IMG/VR virus record: IMGVR_UViG_3300020158_000335
Coordinates: 1 to 64,000 of that record
DNA from: a virus
Direction: 5' to 3' (one strand)
DNA length: 64,000 nucleotides
Shown here: positions 1 to 9,259 of the stretch, in pieces
Layout: every line of letters begins with the position of its first letter
Numbering within the stretch: position 1 is the stretch's first letter
Notes under the pieces: generated by a model
Seen by the model: the letters and a program-made list of their open reading frames with translations, nothing else
What the model was told of the DNA's origin: nothing
Databases searched by the model: none
Translations under genes and position numbers: made by a program

Positions 1-1212
1 ATGGCTGGTTGGCAAAGATCAGATTATAGAGGTGTCCGTTTTCGTGAACATGATACCAGAACGCATGGTATTACGAAAGATAAATATTTTGTGATACGAT
101 ACCAATTTAATGGGAAACGATATGGGGAATCGTTAGGTTGGGCATCGGAGGGAATGAGCGCAAAAAAAGCGTTTCTGATACTGGCGGAGCTGAAACAAAA
201 TCAGGCCACAAGTACACCACCATTTACACTAAGAGAAAAACTGTCTATCGAACATGCGCGACGTGATTCTGAAGAACGAGAAAAGATTCAGACAGAATCC
301 ATAAATATTACATTCAAAACATTTTTTGAAAATTCTTATTTGCCTATCCAGAGAACCCATAAACGTAAACGATCATTGATACCTGAAACGGGACAAGCCG
401 AAAACTGGATTTTCCCGGTTGTTGGGTATATTCCGATGAAAGATATATCCAGTTTCCATATCGAACGAATAAAAAAGAACTTGCTTGACGCTGGCAGGTC
501 ACCACGAACAATACAGTATTGCCTCGCCACAATCCGGCAGGTTTGGAACCATGCACGGCGAGCCGGGGTTGTTTCTGGCGATTCACCCACACTGAATGTT
601 AAAATACCAAAATTTGATAATCGCCGGGAGCGGTATCTCAGCCCGACTGAATGTGACAATCTGCTTGAAGGATTGAAAAGACATTCTATCACAACGTACC
701 AGATAGCGACTGTATCCCTGGATACCGGAATGAGGTTCGCTGAGATAACGAGCCTTCAATGGCAGAATATTGATCTTGTCCGGGAGTCAATATCTATCAT
801 GGATACTAAGTCAGGTAAAAACCGCACTGTTTATATGACAGATAGAGTTAATGTATTGTTCTCGGGGATGAAAAACACCGGGCCTGATGCGCTGGTATTC
901 ACTGACCGAAACGGGGGCATGATCAAACAGATCAGTAATGTATTTGATATCGTTGTGGATAGACTGATGCTGAATGCAGGGATAAACGATAACAGATTAA
1001 AATGCGTATTCCATTCTTTGAGACACACACACGCCAGCCGATTACTCGAATCTGGTGCTGATATTTATCGCGTAAAGGAGATGCTGGGCCATGCAAGCGT
1101 TACCACCACTGAACGCTACAGCCATATCACTGCTGATAGGCTGCGGAGCGCGATTAAAGATATGGAAAAAATGAACCTTTCGAATGTGATCCCTATAAGA
1201 AAAAGCGGGTGA
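1..1212 (+). CDS. int: Tyrosine recombinase (phage integrase)
   Basis: N-terminal arm-binding-like region; catalytic motifs TGMRFAE (R), KSG (K), HSLRH (HxxR), LGH and TERYSH (Y). Confidence 0.95.
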   Translation: MAGWQRSDYRGVRFREHDTRTHGITKDKYFVIRYQFNGKRYGESLGWASEGMSAKKAFLILAELKQNQATSTPPFTLREKLSIEHARRDSEEREKIQTESINITFKTFFENSYLPIQRTHKRKRSLIPETGQAENWIFPVVGYIPMKDISSFHIERIKKNLLDAGRSPRTIQYCLATIRQVWNHARRAGVVSGDSPTLNVKIPKFDNRRERYLSPTECDNLLEGLKRHSITTYQIATVSLDTGMRFAEITSLQWQNIDLVRESISIMDTKSGKNRTVYMTDRVNVLFSGMKNTGPDALVFTDRNGGMIKQISNVFDIVVDRLMLNAGINDNRLKCVFHSLRHTHASRLLESGADIYRVKEMLGHASVTTTERYSHITADRLRSAIKDMEKMNLSNVIPIRKSG

Positions 1213-1297
1213 CTGTTTCAATAATTTGTGGTATTTACAGAATATACTCCCCCTGTGGTTTCGACCCAGGGCGCGGGGCTGCTTCGGTGGCCCTGCT

Positions 1298-1342
1298 GAA
1301 AAAAAGGCAGGACAAACGGATTAACGTTTGCCCTGCCTTTTT
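1298..1342. terminator. Bidirectional intrinsic terminator between int and the lysis region
   Basis: AAAAAGGCAGGACAAACG-gattaa-CGTTTGCCCTGCCTTTTT, with A and T tracts on both sides. Confidence 0.8.
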
Positions 1343-1372
1343 GCATTTAATGATAAAATCACGATTTATTTT

Positions 1373-1696
1373 TTAATATTCAGTTAACCGTATTCCCCCA
1401 GGGTCCAAAAAAATCAGCTCACTGTTCCGCAGTACAAATTCCCCCAGGCCAGTCACTTTTATAAAATAAATTTCAGATGTCACGAACGGATATGTCTTTT
1501 TTTGATCCGCCCACATAAAAACTGCGTCCCCTGAACAATCTGGTCCGAATATTGTTGATGGAAATTTCATCAGATACAATTCATGGTCGATTGTCAGTGT
1601 GTACGATTTTCCGCACACGCCGGTATCTGCCTCAGCAGCAAGTGCAGGGACTGACATCATCAACACAAACAGCATAATCAGTATTATTCGTTTCAT
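1373..1696 (-). CDS. Small secreted protein
   Basis: Signal peptide MKRIILIMLFVLMMSVPALA; resembles 3987..4307. Confidence 0.6.
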   Translation of the reverse strand: MKRIILIMLFVLMMSVPALAAEADTGVCGKSYTLTIDHELYLMKFPSTIFGPDCSGDAVFMWADQKKTYPFVTSEIYFIKVTGLGEFVLRNSELIFLDPGGIRLTEY

Positions 1697-1714
1697 GATA
1701 TTTTTCGCCTTTCT

Positions 1715-2236
1715 TTATTTTGCAACCGACATCAATCGCATAATCTTGGACACATAGCCTATTGTTTCAGCACTTTTCCAACCATCGACTTGCTTCGCCA
1801 CAGACGCAATACTCGCCCATAAATTCGGGTCAGATTTGCACAATTTCTGTGCCTTTAGGATATTCCCGGCCCCGGCATTGTACGCCCCAAGAGTAAACGC
1901 CATCCGATCAATCTCTGGCCGAGGCCCCGACCACATCAGATATAATTTTTGATCGTAATATATCCCGGCTGCAATATTCTGTTCTGGATCATCGACTGAT
2001 TTTATCCATGAGTTCTCGCGCTGGATGTCCTTGAACGTCCCAGTCATAATTTGCATAATGCCTTTTGCTCCACACCATGATTCAGCATCCGGGTCCAGCA
2101 TGGATTCCGCGATCCCCTGGGCCTTAAACCATCGCCAATCGAACGACGATCCAAAATGTTTATCAGAATATTTACGAAAAAACTTATCGTATTCTGTCGT
2201 AAACGCCGCAGAGTCAACTGTAGTCACGATCTTCAA
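1715..2236 (-). CDS. Endolysin, SLT-type lytic transglycosylase
   Basis: SLT motifs AES, GAKGIMQIM, NIAAG, AYNAG and ETIGYV; AGGAGG 6 nt before the TTG start; P1 lyz position. Confidence 0.88.
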   Translation of the reverse strand: MKIVTTVDSAAFTTEYDKFFRKYSDKHFGSSFDWRWFKAQGIAESMLDPDAESWCGAKGIMQIMTGTFKDIQRENSWIKSVDDPEQNIAAGIYYDQKLYLMWSGPRPEIDRMAFTLGAYNAGAGNILKAQKLCKSDPNLWASIASVAKQVDGWKSAETIGYVSKIMRLMSVAK

Positions 2237-2308
2237 GCATGGCCTCCTGTAATGCCCGCCACGGCATTTAAAATAAAAACGAATATATAGGGCAGCATCA
2301 AAACAGTA

Positions 2309-2536
2309 TCAATAAAGAGATAACCCGACAACAAGACCAACCGCAAGCCCAAGACCGATGAACATCCCCAATACGACCATCCCAACGGCAGGGTTTTTCT
2401 CAAGTAGCTCTCGGCTGATATCAAATGCCATCATTCCGGCGAGAAATCGGTATCCAATGACCATGAAAAATATTGCGACCCAGCCCCCGTATAGGGCAAT
2501 CAGTGCTTTGGTAATTAATGGATTGTCAAAAATCAT
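2309..2536 (-). CDS. DUF350-like two-TM membrane protein in the lysis region
   Basis: Two hydrophobic helices around FDISRELLEKNPAVG. Confidence 0.55.
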   Translation of the reverse strand: MIFDNPLITKALIALYGGWVAIFFMVIGYRFLAGMMAFDISRELLEKNPAVGMVVLGMFIGLGLAVGLVVGLSLY

Positions 2537-2856
2537 AAACTCTCTCTCACTTTTGCGACCGCAGCTTCAATCGCCAGGTTGATTACTGATGCACCTATTT
2601 CGATGCCCTGTTGTTTCAGATCGTCAACAATAATATCAAAAGCATACGAGCGCTTCTCGTTGTTATCAAGAGCGCTTGCCGCAGCCGCAGTCACCGCAGT
2701 CATTGCAGCTTCCATCAGTACCGGCCCTATTTTGCTCATCAGCACCAGTATGAAGGGTTTCAGAAACTCCCACATCCGGCCCATTATGAATTGGATTTTG
2801 ATCATGTTTTTTTCTCCCGAATAAATTTGATAACCAGATATCCCAATCAAACTCAA
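2533..2856 (-). CDS. Putative holin-like protein
   Basis: Amphipathic N-terminus; EKR..A and INLAIEAAV C-terminal pattern seen in phage holin-like proteins; true start probably at MIKIQ. Confidence 0.45.
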   Translation of the reverse strand: MSLIGISGYQIYSGEKNMIKIQFIMGRMWEFLKPFILVLMSKIGPVLMEAAMTAVTAAAASALDNNEKRSYAFDIIVDDLKQQGIEIGASVINLAIEAAVAKVRESL

Positions 2857-3143
2857 ATGTTTTTGAGATTGTGAATCGACGGGTATCAGGGGGCTCGTCT
2901 CGGTTCATCGACATTCAGTTCTCCCTTCTGCTTTACCAGCCGTGCAATATCTCTTGCTATATCAACGTCTTTGTAGAGTTGATAAGCGATTGCATAATTT
3001 AAATAATATGATTCAGGCGGAGGCCCGTCCTTTTCCATTCACAAGATCGTCCTGTTAAAATTTGCGATTAAAGTTGTTACCGGCCACAAAGCCGACAACA
3101 AAACCCAGAATGAAATATGTGATAGTCAATATATCTTTATCAG

Positions 3144-3329
3144 TCATTTATCGTCCATTGATTCTGGCACCTCGCCAGTTCTGAGTGCAGTGTAAACACT
3201 TGAGAACAAAGAAATGATACGATCATCAGTGGCGGATGGTGTGATAATGGCAATCCCTTTGAGCAGCGTAAGGATTAAATAAATACTCATCCAATTTTCG
3301 CCCACTATTTTCAAAAGCCATGCGTCCAT
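3144..3329 (-). CDS. Small membrane protein, holin-like
   Basis: One TM helix followed by ITPSATDD. Confidence 0.45.
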   Translation of the reverse strand: MDAWLLKIVGENWMSIYLILTLLKGIAIITPSATDDRIISLFSSVYTALRTGEVPESMDDK

Positions 3330-3331
3330 TT

Positions 3332-3535
3332 TTACTCCGTAAATTCTGCAATTCTATATGATAGTATTGCAGAATATTCTCTCATTGTGTGAAGTTGTTT
3401 TTTTAATAACTCCAGGTGATTTGGAGCTATATCGTCATGTTTTCTACCGAGAAACATGTCCAGATTAAAAATCTTTTCAGCAAGTTGTCTCTGTTCATCA
3501 ATAACTCTTTTCTGCCAGTCTTTCATATTTCCCAT
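3332..3535 (-). CDS. Conserved small phage protein (crAss001_48-like)
   Basis: WQKRV.DE...L.EKI..L..F and LL.KQL..M.EY..IL..RI pattern. Confidence 0.6.
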   Translation of the reverse strand: MGNMKDWQKRVIDEQRQLAEKIFNLDMFLGRKHDDIAPNHLELLKKQLHTMREYSAILSYRIAEFTE

Positions 3536-3720
3536 CCTTTTTTCTTCCTGATGTGGTGAGGCTTTCTTTTCTTTTCTGGAAATTCAAATTCAGAATCATA
3601 TTCTTCTGGCTCGTTAGGATAATACGTCATTTGCGCGCGATACGCATTCATAGTTAATTCGCTTTTCTTGTAAACAACTAAATCTGTTCCAGAAGTCGTT
3701 TCGTAATCGTCAAAATACAT
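3523..3720 (-). CDS. Hypothetical protein
   Basis: ORF in operon context. Confidence 0.4.
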   Translation of the reverse strand: MYFDDYETTSGTDLVVYKKSELTMNAYRAQMTYYPNEPEEYDSEFEFPEKKRKPHHIRKKKGWEI

Positions 3721-3737
3721 GTTTCGCTAATACCTTC

Positions 3738-3980
3738 TTACATCTCCCTGGGTGAAAGTCGCAGTTTAACTATTCCAACAGTTTTGTTTGTGGAAGCGAA
3801 TTTACCCCTGGCTGTTTGTGCTGGATAGTGCAAAAATTTCTTGACATCCTGATAATACTCGTTTGGATAATCGGTGTAAGTGTAGTATTCTACAGGCGGT
3901 GCCGTGGAATCATCTTCAAAATACTCTATGTAAGTTTCATGCGTTTTGATAGGATTTAGTACCATATTTTCACCGTCCAT
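3738..3980 (-). CDS. Hypothetical protein
   Basis: ORF in operon context with GAGG before the start. Confidence 0.4.
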   Translation of the reverse strand: MDGENMVLNPIKTHETYIEYFEDDSTAPPVEYYTYTDYPNEYYQDVKKFLHYPAQTARGKFASTNKTVGIVKLRLSPREM

Positions 3981-3986
3981 AATGCC

Positions 3987-4307
3987 TCAATGCACCGGAT
4001 ACGACATAGGATTAAAAACAATAAACGGCGGCGGAATAAATGTTAAAACATCAGATGGGCTCTGATAGAACACGCCGAAATCACCCAGATTGACAATCGG
4101 GTCACCAGTGTTCTGATGGTATTCGTAAATGCCATTAACGATGTTGTCGATGGTGAGATACACCAGCCCATTGCTTCCCGGCCCGTATGGGCCTTGCTGG
4201 AATGCAATAATGGTATCATCCAGTATATACGTCTTGTTGTTCACATCTAACGCATGTCCGGTTGTCGCTATCAAGAGCAATAATAAAATGGATATTAATC
4301 TCTTCAT
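3987..4307 (-). CDS. Small secreted protein
   Basis: Signal peptide ending TTGHA; AAGGA ribosome-binding site. Confidence 0.6.
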   Translation of the reverse strand: MKRLISILLLLLIATTGHALDVNNKTYILDDTIIAFQQGPYGPGSNGLVYLTIDNIVNGIYEYHQNTGDPIVNLGDFGVFYQSPSDVLTFIPPPFIVFNPMSYPVH

Positions 4308-4326
4308 TTTGTATCCTTATTTGGGT

Positions 4327-4917
4327 TTATTGGCCATCTGGAACAGCGTAGTTATCCATGCCCTTGACGTCTGCTGCACGCCTGCCGTGAGGCATAGACA
4401 CATTTGCATTACTCGCTCTGTATTTCATCACTTTTTCAAGCTCTTCGATTCTGCCAGTGTGGTCACTACGGTCACGCAAAACGTTTTCGTGTAGGGAATA
4501 GGTTAATTTCATCAATTCAAGCGTTGCTGAAATGCCAGCCAACCGTTCACTGATTTCCAACCAATGTGTGTGTGATTTGTTGTTCTGTTCATGGCGTTTC
4601 ATATCCTGCGCCATCAAATCTGCATGGAGCTCATCAATTTTTTTTTCAAGCGCATACCTTGAAACATCTCTATTTTTTTGGCAGGAAGCGCTTTCAACTT
4701 CACACCGATCTATAGTTACTATGTTTTTCATATCTGTAAGATATCTGGATTCCATACAGGCTATTTTCTTCTCAAGGTTTTCTATAACAAACCGCAGCTC
4801 TTCCAGCAATTTGGTATTGTTTTTAAAGGCAAACGCCGCACCGCCAAAAGCAAAAGCGCAAGTAATAATTGGTATAAATATCATCAACATCATGTCGGTG
4901 TGTTCGAAAATCCCCAT
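4327..4917 (-). CDS. Membrane-anchored coiled-coil protein (lysis accessory candidate)
   Basis: N-terminal TM helix then heptad-rich region; directly after pro. Confidence 0.5.
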   Translation of the reverse strand: MGIFEHTDMMLMIFIPIITCAFAFGGAAFAFKNNTKLLEELRFVIENLEKKIACMESRYLTDMKNIVTIDRCEVESASCQKNRDVSRYALEKKIDELHADLMAQDMKRHEQNNKSHTHWLEISERLAGISATLELMKLTYSLHENVLRDRSDHTGRIEELEKVMKYRASNANVSMPHGRRAADVKGMDNYAVPDGQ

Positions 4918-4933
4918 GGTATCCCCTCAATTA

Positions 4934-5965
4934 TTACAGCGAATAGTGGATATCTGCCCCTAAATCAATTCCGTGTTCCGCACCCAAACCATCGCTGATT
5001 TTCGGGATATATTTACGCACCTGTAATTGGCTCGGGGCGCTGCCTGGAACCGGAAACTGGTTCAAGTCAATACGCCGGGCGGACTCGAAAAAGTTTGTCA
5101 TCGCATGGAAATCAGATTCGTTAGCCATGCTTATCATAGCTTGTTGAACGCTGTCCGGGATCACGACAACTGACTGCTTGGCACACTCGGTAATGATCCG
5201 CTCGCGCGTCTGCTTCATCTGTTCCATTTCAGAGTTCAACTGCAAAATGGTCTTAGACATTGCCGCTCGGTCGTCATTATATGTTTCCAGTCTGGATTCC
5301 ATAATGCTTTCGTAAATGCCCGCATGAATCAATCGCTCTTCAAGTTCTGACGCGTAAAACTGAACAGAAGCAGACCACGATTCAAGTCGTTGTTCGGGAT
5401 CTGTCACACCCAATTTGCCCATATTCTCAAGGATTACATCACGAGTTACAGCGTCCGCACTTTCCAAAATATACCCACGGTTGGCGGAAAATCCTGGGTT
5501 TAGAACATAATCGAAGCCTTCGAAACTGTTGATCTTTGTGCTTCCAGTCGCCGCGCCGTCATATCCGCCGCAAGCCCACGAAAAACCGCCCACTCGGGAT
5601 TTATGCAGCCCAAAAACCGTTTTCCCAGGATCGTTTTCAAGCAAAAGCTCTTGATGATGTTCAACCCTGCCGTCCTGAGCGACCTCAAAGAACGTGGTCA
5701 CATTGCTGGGGATATTCTCCAGCAGAATTGATTGCCCGCTCGGAAGTTTAACCAGCTCAGTCTCCCCCAATTGCAGTTTGCCGGCCAGGACCCTGCGGCC
5801 ATGCCCCAAGAACCCAAATTTCTCACGCAACTGAATACCCTCTCTGGTTTCAGGCGAGTAACAGACCGTCCTTGCTGATTCCAGTATGTACTTCCTGTGA
5901 TGTCCTGTATATTTCCTGCCCTCATCAAGCAGGCTAAAATTTATTTTGATCGTCTCGTTTGCCAT
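4934..5965 (-). CDS. pro: Prohead (head-processing) protease, P1 Pro-like
   Basis: GFLGHGRR, VGGFSWA and GFDYVLNP motifs; immediately after portal; GGAGG before MANET. Confidence 0.85.
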   Translation of the reverse strand: MANETIKINFSLLDEGRKYTGHHRKYILESARTVCYSPETREGIQLREKFGFLGHGRRVLAGKLQLGETELVKLPSGQSILLENIPSNVTTFFEVAQDGRVEHHQELLLENDPGKTVFGLHKSRVGGFSWACGGYDGAATGSTKINSFEGFDYVLNPGFSANRGYILESADAVTRDVILENMGKLGVTDPEQRLESWSASVQFYASELEERLIHAGIYESIMESRLETYNDDRAAMSKTILQLNSEMEQMKQTRERIITECAKQSVVVIPDSVQQAMISMANESDFHAMTNFFESARRIDLNQFPVPGSAPSQLQVRKYIPKISDGLGAEHGIDLGADIHYSL

Positions 5966-5966
5966 G

Positions 5967-7616
5967 CTACCTCCCATAAATATCATTCATGCAGTTCTGG
6001 ATAATGGCTGATTCCATTACGCCGCCGCCCGGATCACCGCCGCCGTCCGCAGGAAGAATCTTGATATTCGACTTTTCTTTTAGAAACATTGCAGCGAATT
6101 TCTCTTCATCAACTCTCATGATGTCTGTCCACAAATAATTGTAAAACGACTGTCTATCAACTGTCTGCATTTCTGGATCAAGTGTTTGGATTAACGTGGC
6201 CATCATGCCAGCCAGGTTAGCTCTGCTTTCACGGTTTTCCTGCTGTTCACGATCCAAAGCAGAGGACACAGAATTGAACATAATTCGCCACGGTTTTTCA
6301 CCAGGCAGGAAAACTTTCCCGAATTTGTAGGCGATATGGATATCAAACAATGTCTCAAGGCCGGATAACACAGCACGTCTCAACAGCGATGCCCGGATAG
6401 CCGCCAGGATCGACAGCCTAAAAAACCCGCCATCGCCCATACCACCGGATAGCAACTCCCCGAACCCCAAAAGTGATGGGTCAATGCCAAGGGCAGACCC
6501 AAGGCGCTTGATGTGAAAATCAACATCAGCAAGCCCTTCGATATTGGGGTTGCCCTCAATTGTGGATATTTCGAGCCGTCCCTTGCCATCGCCCCATATC
6601 GGGACCAGATGGTTGATAATTGTCTGAACAAACCCACGTTTCAGGCTTTGTTCAGCTCGGTTTTTCTGGATTCTGTTGATACTATTCGATATCGACCGTA
6701 GATATTCGGCAGCCTGAACAGGGGATAATTTCCCGGTGTTCACGCCCACCATCCGCTCCATCCTGGCAGCGTTTTTCCGGGACATATTCAGTGACAAAAT
6801 GGCTTCCTGAAGATCAAGCCACGGCCCAAAGGATGTTTCAATCAGGCTTTGGCCATAATTCAGGCTTTCCACAATCCCGTCCAGCGTCATATCATCGTTT
6901 GCAATGTCAAATTCCCGCCCGTCCGCCCTGAATGGTTCAATTGTGGATTCAACATTCCAGTACGGGATTTTAAACGGAACAAACGACCACGGCGGCATAA
7001 GAGAGACATGGCCTTCCTTAAAATTTCTTTGCCATGCTGATGAAAATCCGACAAGATTTCCGGCCTTCTCATACGCACGCATGAATCTGGGGTGCGTATA
7101 ATAATCCGACCGGACAAGCTCGACACCTACACCCTGCCTGCCATATATCCTGCAATACCACACGCCATACAGCGAGGCATTATAGGCCCACGAATGGCAG
7201 TTTTTATTGATGATGTCCTTGAAGGTGTTCCTCAGATCAATTGTAATCGGATCATCTTTATCGCTTGTGGATTCGATTGATACGATTTCATTTGTGTCAG
7301 GTGTTGCGCTCAGGGAATGAGACAAGTGCATTTTAAGAGCTGAATCTATTGTCGGGTCCGTGCCCATCATCTGGAATACGGCATATTTCGCCAGCCGGTC
7401 TGCCGGCATGATCCCGATTGGCTGTTCGTCATCGCTCCTGCGGGTTCCGGCTGTGGTTGCTGTCTGACCAAAGAAATCTTCATAGAAGGCATTCACTGGT
7501 AGAGACGATGCCGGGGCCAACTCCGGATGACTGGCGGAGCCTGCCTGCCCGCCATCCAAAGCAAAGCCTGGGAATATCTTATTCCAAAGAGATTGTGCTG
7601 TTTTTTTAATTTTCAT
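5967..7616 (-). CDS. prt: Portal protein, P1 Prt-like
   Basis: 549 aa; DPTIDSAL, NYGQSL and LGIDPSLLGF..SGG.GDGGF motifs; synteny. Confidence 0.85.
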   Translation of the reverse strand: MKIKKTAQSLWNKIFPGFALDGGQAGSASHPELAPASSLPVNAFYEDFFGQTATTAGTRRSDDEQPIGIMPADRLAKYAVFQMMGTDPTIDSALKMHLSHSLSATPDTNEIVSIESTSDKDDPITIDLRNTFKDIINKNCHSWAYNASLYGVWYCRIYGRQGVGVELVRSDYYTHPRFMRAYEKAGNLVGFSSAWQRNFKEGHVSLMPPWSFVPFKIPYWNVESTIEPFRADGREFDIANDDMTLDGIVESLNYGQSLIETSFGPWLDLQEAILSLNMSRKNAARMERMVGVNTGKLSPVQAAEYLRSISNSINRIQKNRAEQSLKRGFVQTIINHLVPIWGDGKGRLEISTIEGNPNIEGLADVDFHIKRLGSALGIDPSLLGFGELLSGGMGDGGFFRLSILAAIRASLLRRAVLSGLETLFDIHIAYKFGKVFLPGEKPWRIMFNSVSSALDREQQENRESRANLAGMMATLIQTLDPEMQTVDRQSFYNYLWTDIMRVDEEKFAAMFLKEKSNIKILPADGGGDPGGGVMESAIIQNCMNDIYGR

Positions 7617-7691
7617 GAAAGATTAGCCATAGGTTGGTATTTCCCGAGAGCGACATCCCAGGCGTGAACCTGGGATGGTCATACGATGCGA

Positions 7692-8615
7692 TTAATAAAC
7701 AGACCCTAACGATACCCGTCTCCAGTTTGCATCTGCAATGGTGTTTGCAGCAATGCAATGATACAGATAACTGGCATCCGCACAGGTTTCGTTTGCAACG
7801 CCAACAGTGCCGTTGATTCCGCCTGCAAGTGTAGCCGCGCCCCAAGCCATAATCACGCCTGCCTCGGTGTCGGTGGTTGCAATGGCATTGCCAGCGACGC
7901 CGCTTGTTTTGGCTGTGACAACCGCAGTGGTTGCATCGCTGGATGTACCTGCTACAGTCGGGTGAACCGCCGCGCAGTAATAACTGGTGTTCGGTGTTCC
8001 CGTATGATTGATTGCGTGAATCAAGTTTGCCAGCGCCGCCGTGTCGTTTGCGCCGATGAAGACATTGCCTTCGGTTGTTCCGATGGTATCCTTGAATGTG
8101 TAAATTTTTGTGGCTATGGTAACTTTATCGCCATCAAGAATCCGGGCGCCACCAGATGTAACCGTCAACGTTCCGGACGCAGCCACGGCATTAACGGGGG
8201 TTTTCTCAGCAAACGGCTGGTCATCCAGCGTTAAATTTTTCCAGATTGCCGCATCAGTTGCCGAATCCACGCACTGATAAACCGCCCTGGGGGATGCTGT
8301 GGTGTCGATCCAGATAGAGCCGATGGAATAGCCTTCGGTTGTGTCATTCGTAACTCCGGGGGCTGTTGTGGCAATAAGTTTGTTTTTGGCGAATGGCATA
8401 TACGGATATGCAACGCCGTCATCATAATCACCCTGGTCGGTAATAACCAGTGAAGGGTATTTGGTAGCCAAGGCAGATATAATTGCATCCGCCGCTGACT
8501 CGTTGACCACTTTTGTGATTGTTGACAGCGCCGGAACCCGAATAGTGGCTCCAACAGAGATACAGTTGACTTTGGAATTGCTTCCATTTACGATTTGAAG
8601 AGTTGTTTTAAGCAT
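7692..8615 (-). CDS. Putative virion structural or decoration protein
   Basis: Ala/Thr-rich beta repeats (AASGTLT..DGDKVTI..YTF) and YLY.C.A...W.R C-terminus typical of phage fibre or decoration proteins. Confidence 0.5.
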   Translation of the reverse strand: MLKTTLQIVNGSNSKVNCISVGATIRVPALSTITKVVNESAADAIISALATKYPSLVITDQGDYDDGVAYPYMPFAKNKLIATTAPGVTNDTTEGYSIGSIWIDTTASPRAVYQCVDSATDAAIWKNLTLDDQPFAEKTPVNAVAASGTLTVTSGGARILDGDKVTIATKIYTFKDTIGTTEGNVFIGANDTAALANLIHAINHTGTPNTSYYCAAVHPTVAGTSSDATTAVVTAKTSGVAGNAIATTDTEAGVIMAWGAATLAGGINGTVGVANETCADASYLYHCIAANTIADANWRRVSLGSVY

Positions 8616-8717
8616 TGTGCGTTTCTCCTTTTGGGGGTTTTATCTTATTTGCACCGTGTTTATTGAGTGCAGTCGAGTGATAACAGTGTAAATTGAAAAA
8701 TACAAAGGCATCTAAAG

Positions 8718-8733
8718 CAGATAGGGTTATGTA
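8718..8733. promoter_or_regulatory. 16-bp palindromic operator, copy 1 of 6
   Basis: CAGATAGGGTTATGTA. Confidence 0.6.
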
Positions 8734-8740
8734 GGAATTT

Positions 8741-9259
8741 TCATGGTTCTGATATGGGCAAACTGTTGATATCGAATGTTTTGCGCTGCTTCCATTCCGC
8801 CGCTTTCCCCTGGTTCCAATTGCTCACAGGCCGGAGGAAACCCACCACGCGCGAATAAATCTCCGTTCGGGGGTGGAAGACCGGGTCTTTCCCAAAGCAA
8901 GCCTCGCATTTGAACATGTAATCGCCTGTGGTATAATTCCAGCCAGACGGCGGATGAAACACCGCCCCGCCTTCGATAGTTGTTTCCTCGCCGTACTGGG
9001 ATGCCTTAACCGTTACTGCCTCATTGCAGTCCATGCAATCCCCTTCGAAAGTGAACGGGTTTTGCACTTGTAAAAGCTCTTTTAATTTTTCCAATTTCAT
9101 CGTTTCGCCTTTTATTCTGAGTTTATGTGTTCCATCACACCAAGTGCATTCTCGGCCAGGTGGATTATAATGCCCGCATTTTGGGCAGGGTTTTGGTTCG
9201 CCAAGTTTGACTCCGGGATAGCAATTATTAGATGTTTGATAAAAGTCTCTGCCTCCCAT
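8741..9259 (-). CDS. Stand-alone NrdD C-terminal (glycyl-radical loop) zinc-ribbon protein
   Basis: TEIYSRVVGFLRPVSNWNQGKAAEWKQRKTF; Cys pairs CPKC/CTWC and CMDC/CEAC; GGGAGG 6 nt before ATG at 9259. Confidence 0.75.
   Translation of the reverse strand: MGGRDFYQTSNNCYPGVKLGEPKPCPKCGHYNPPGRECTWCDGTHKLRIKGETMKLEKLKELLQVQNPFTFEGDCMDCNEAVTVKASQYGEETTIEGGAVFHPPSGWNYTTGDYMFKCEACFGKDPVFHPRTEIYSRVVGFLRPVSNWNQGKAAEWKQRKTFDINSLPISEP

Noticed and set aside
1213-1372. att site or tRNA fragment after int
   Set aside because: No tRNA fold and no second copy in the window.
2233-2298. Signal peptide detached from the endolysin by a frameshift (MLPYIFVFILNAVAGITGGHA)
   Set aside because: The TTG start has a well-spaced AGGAGG, so no frameshift is needed; cannot be resolved without homologs.
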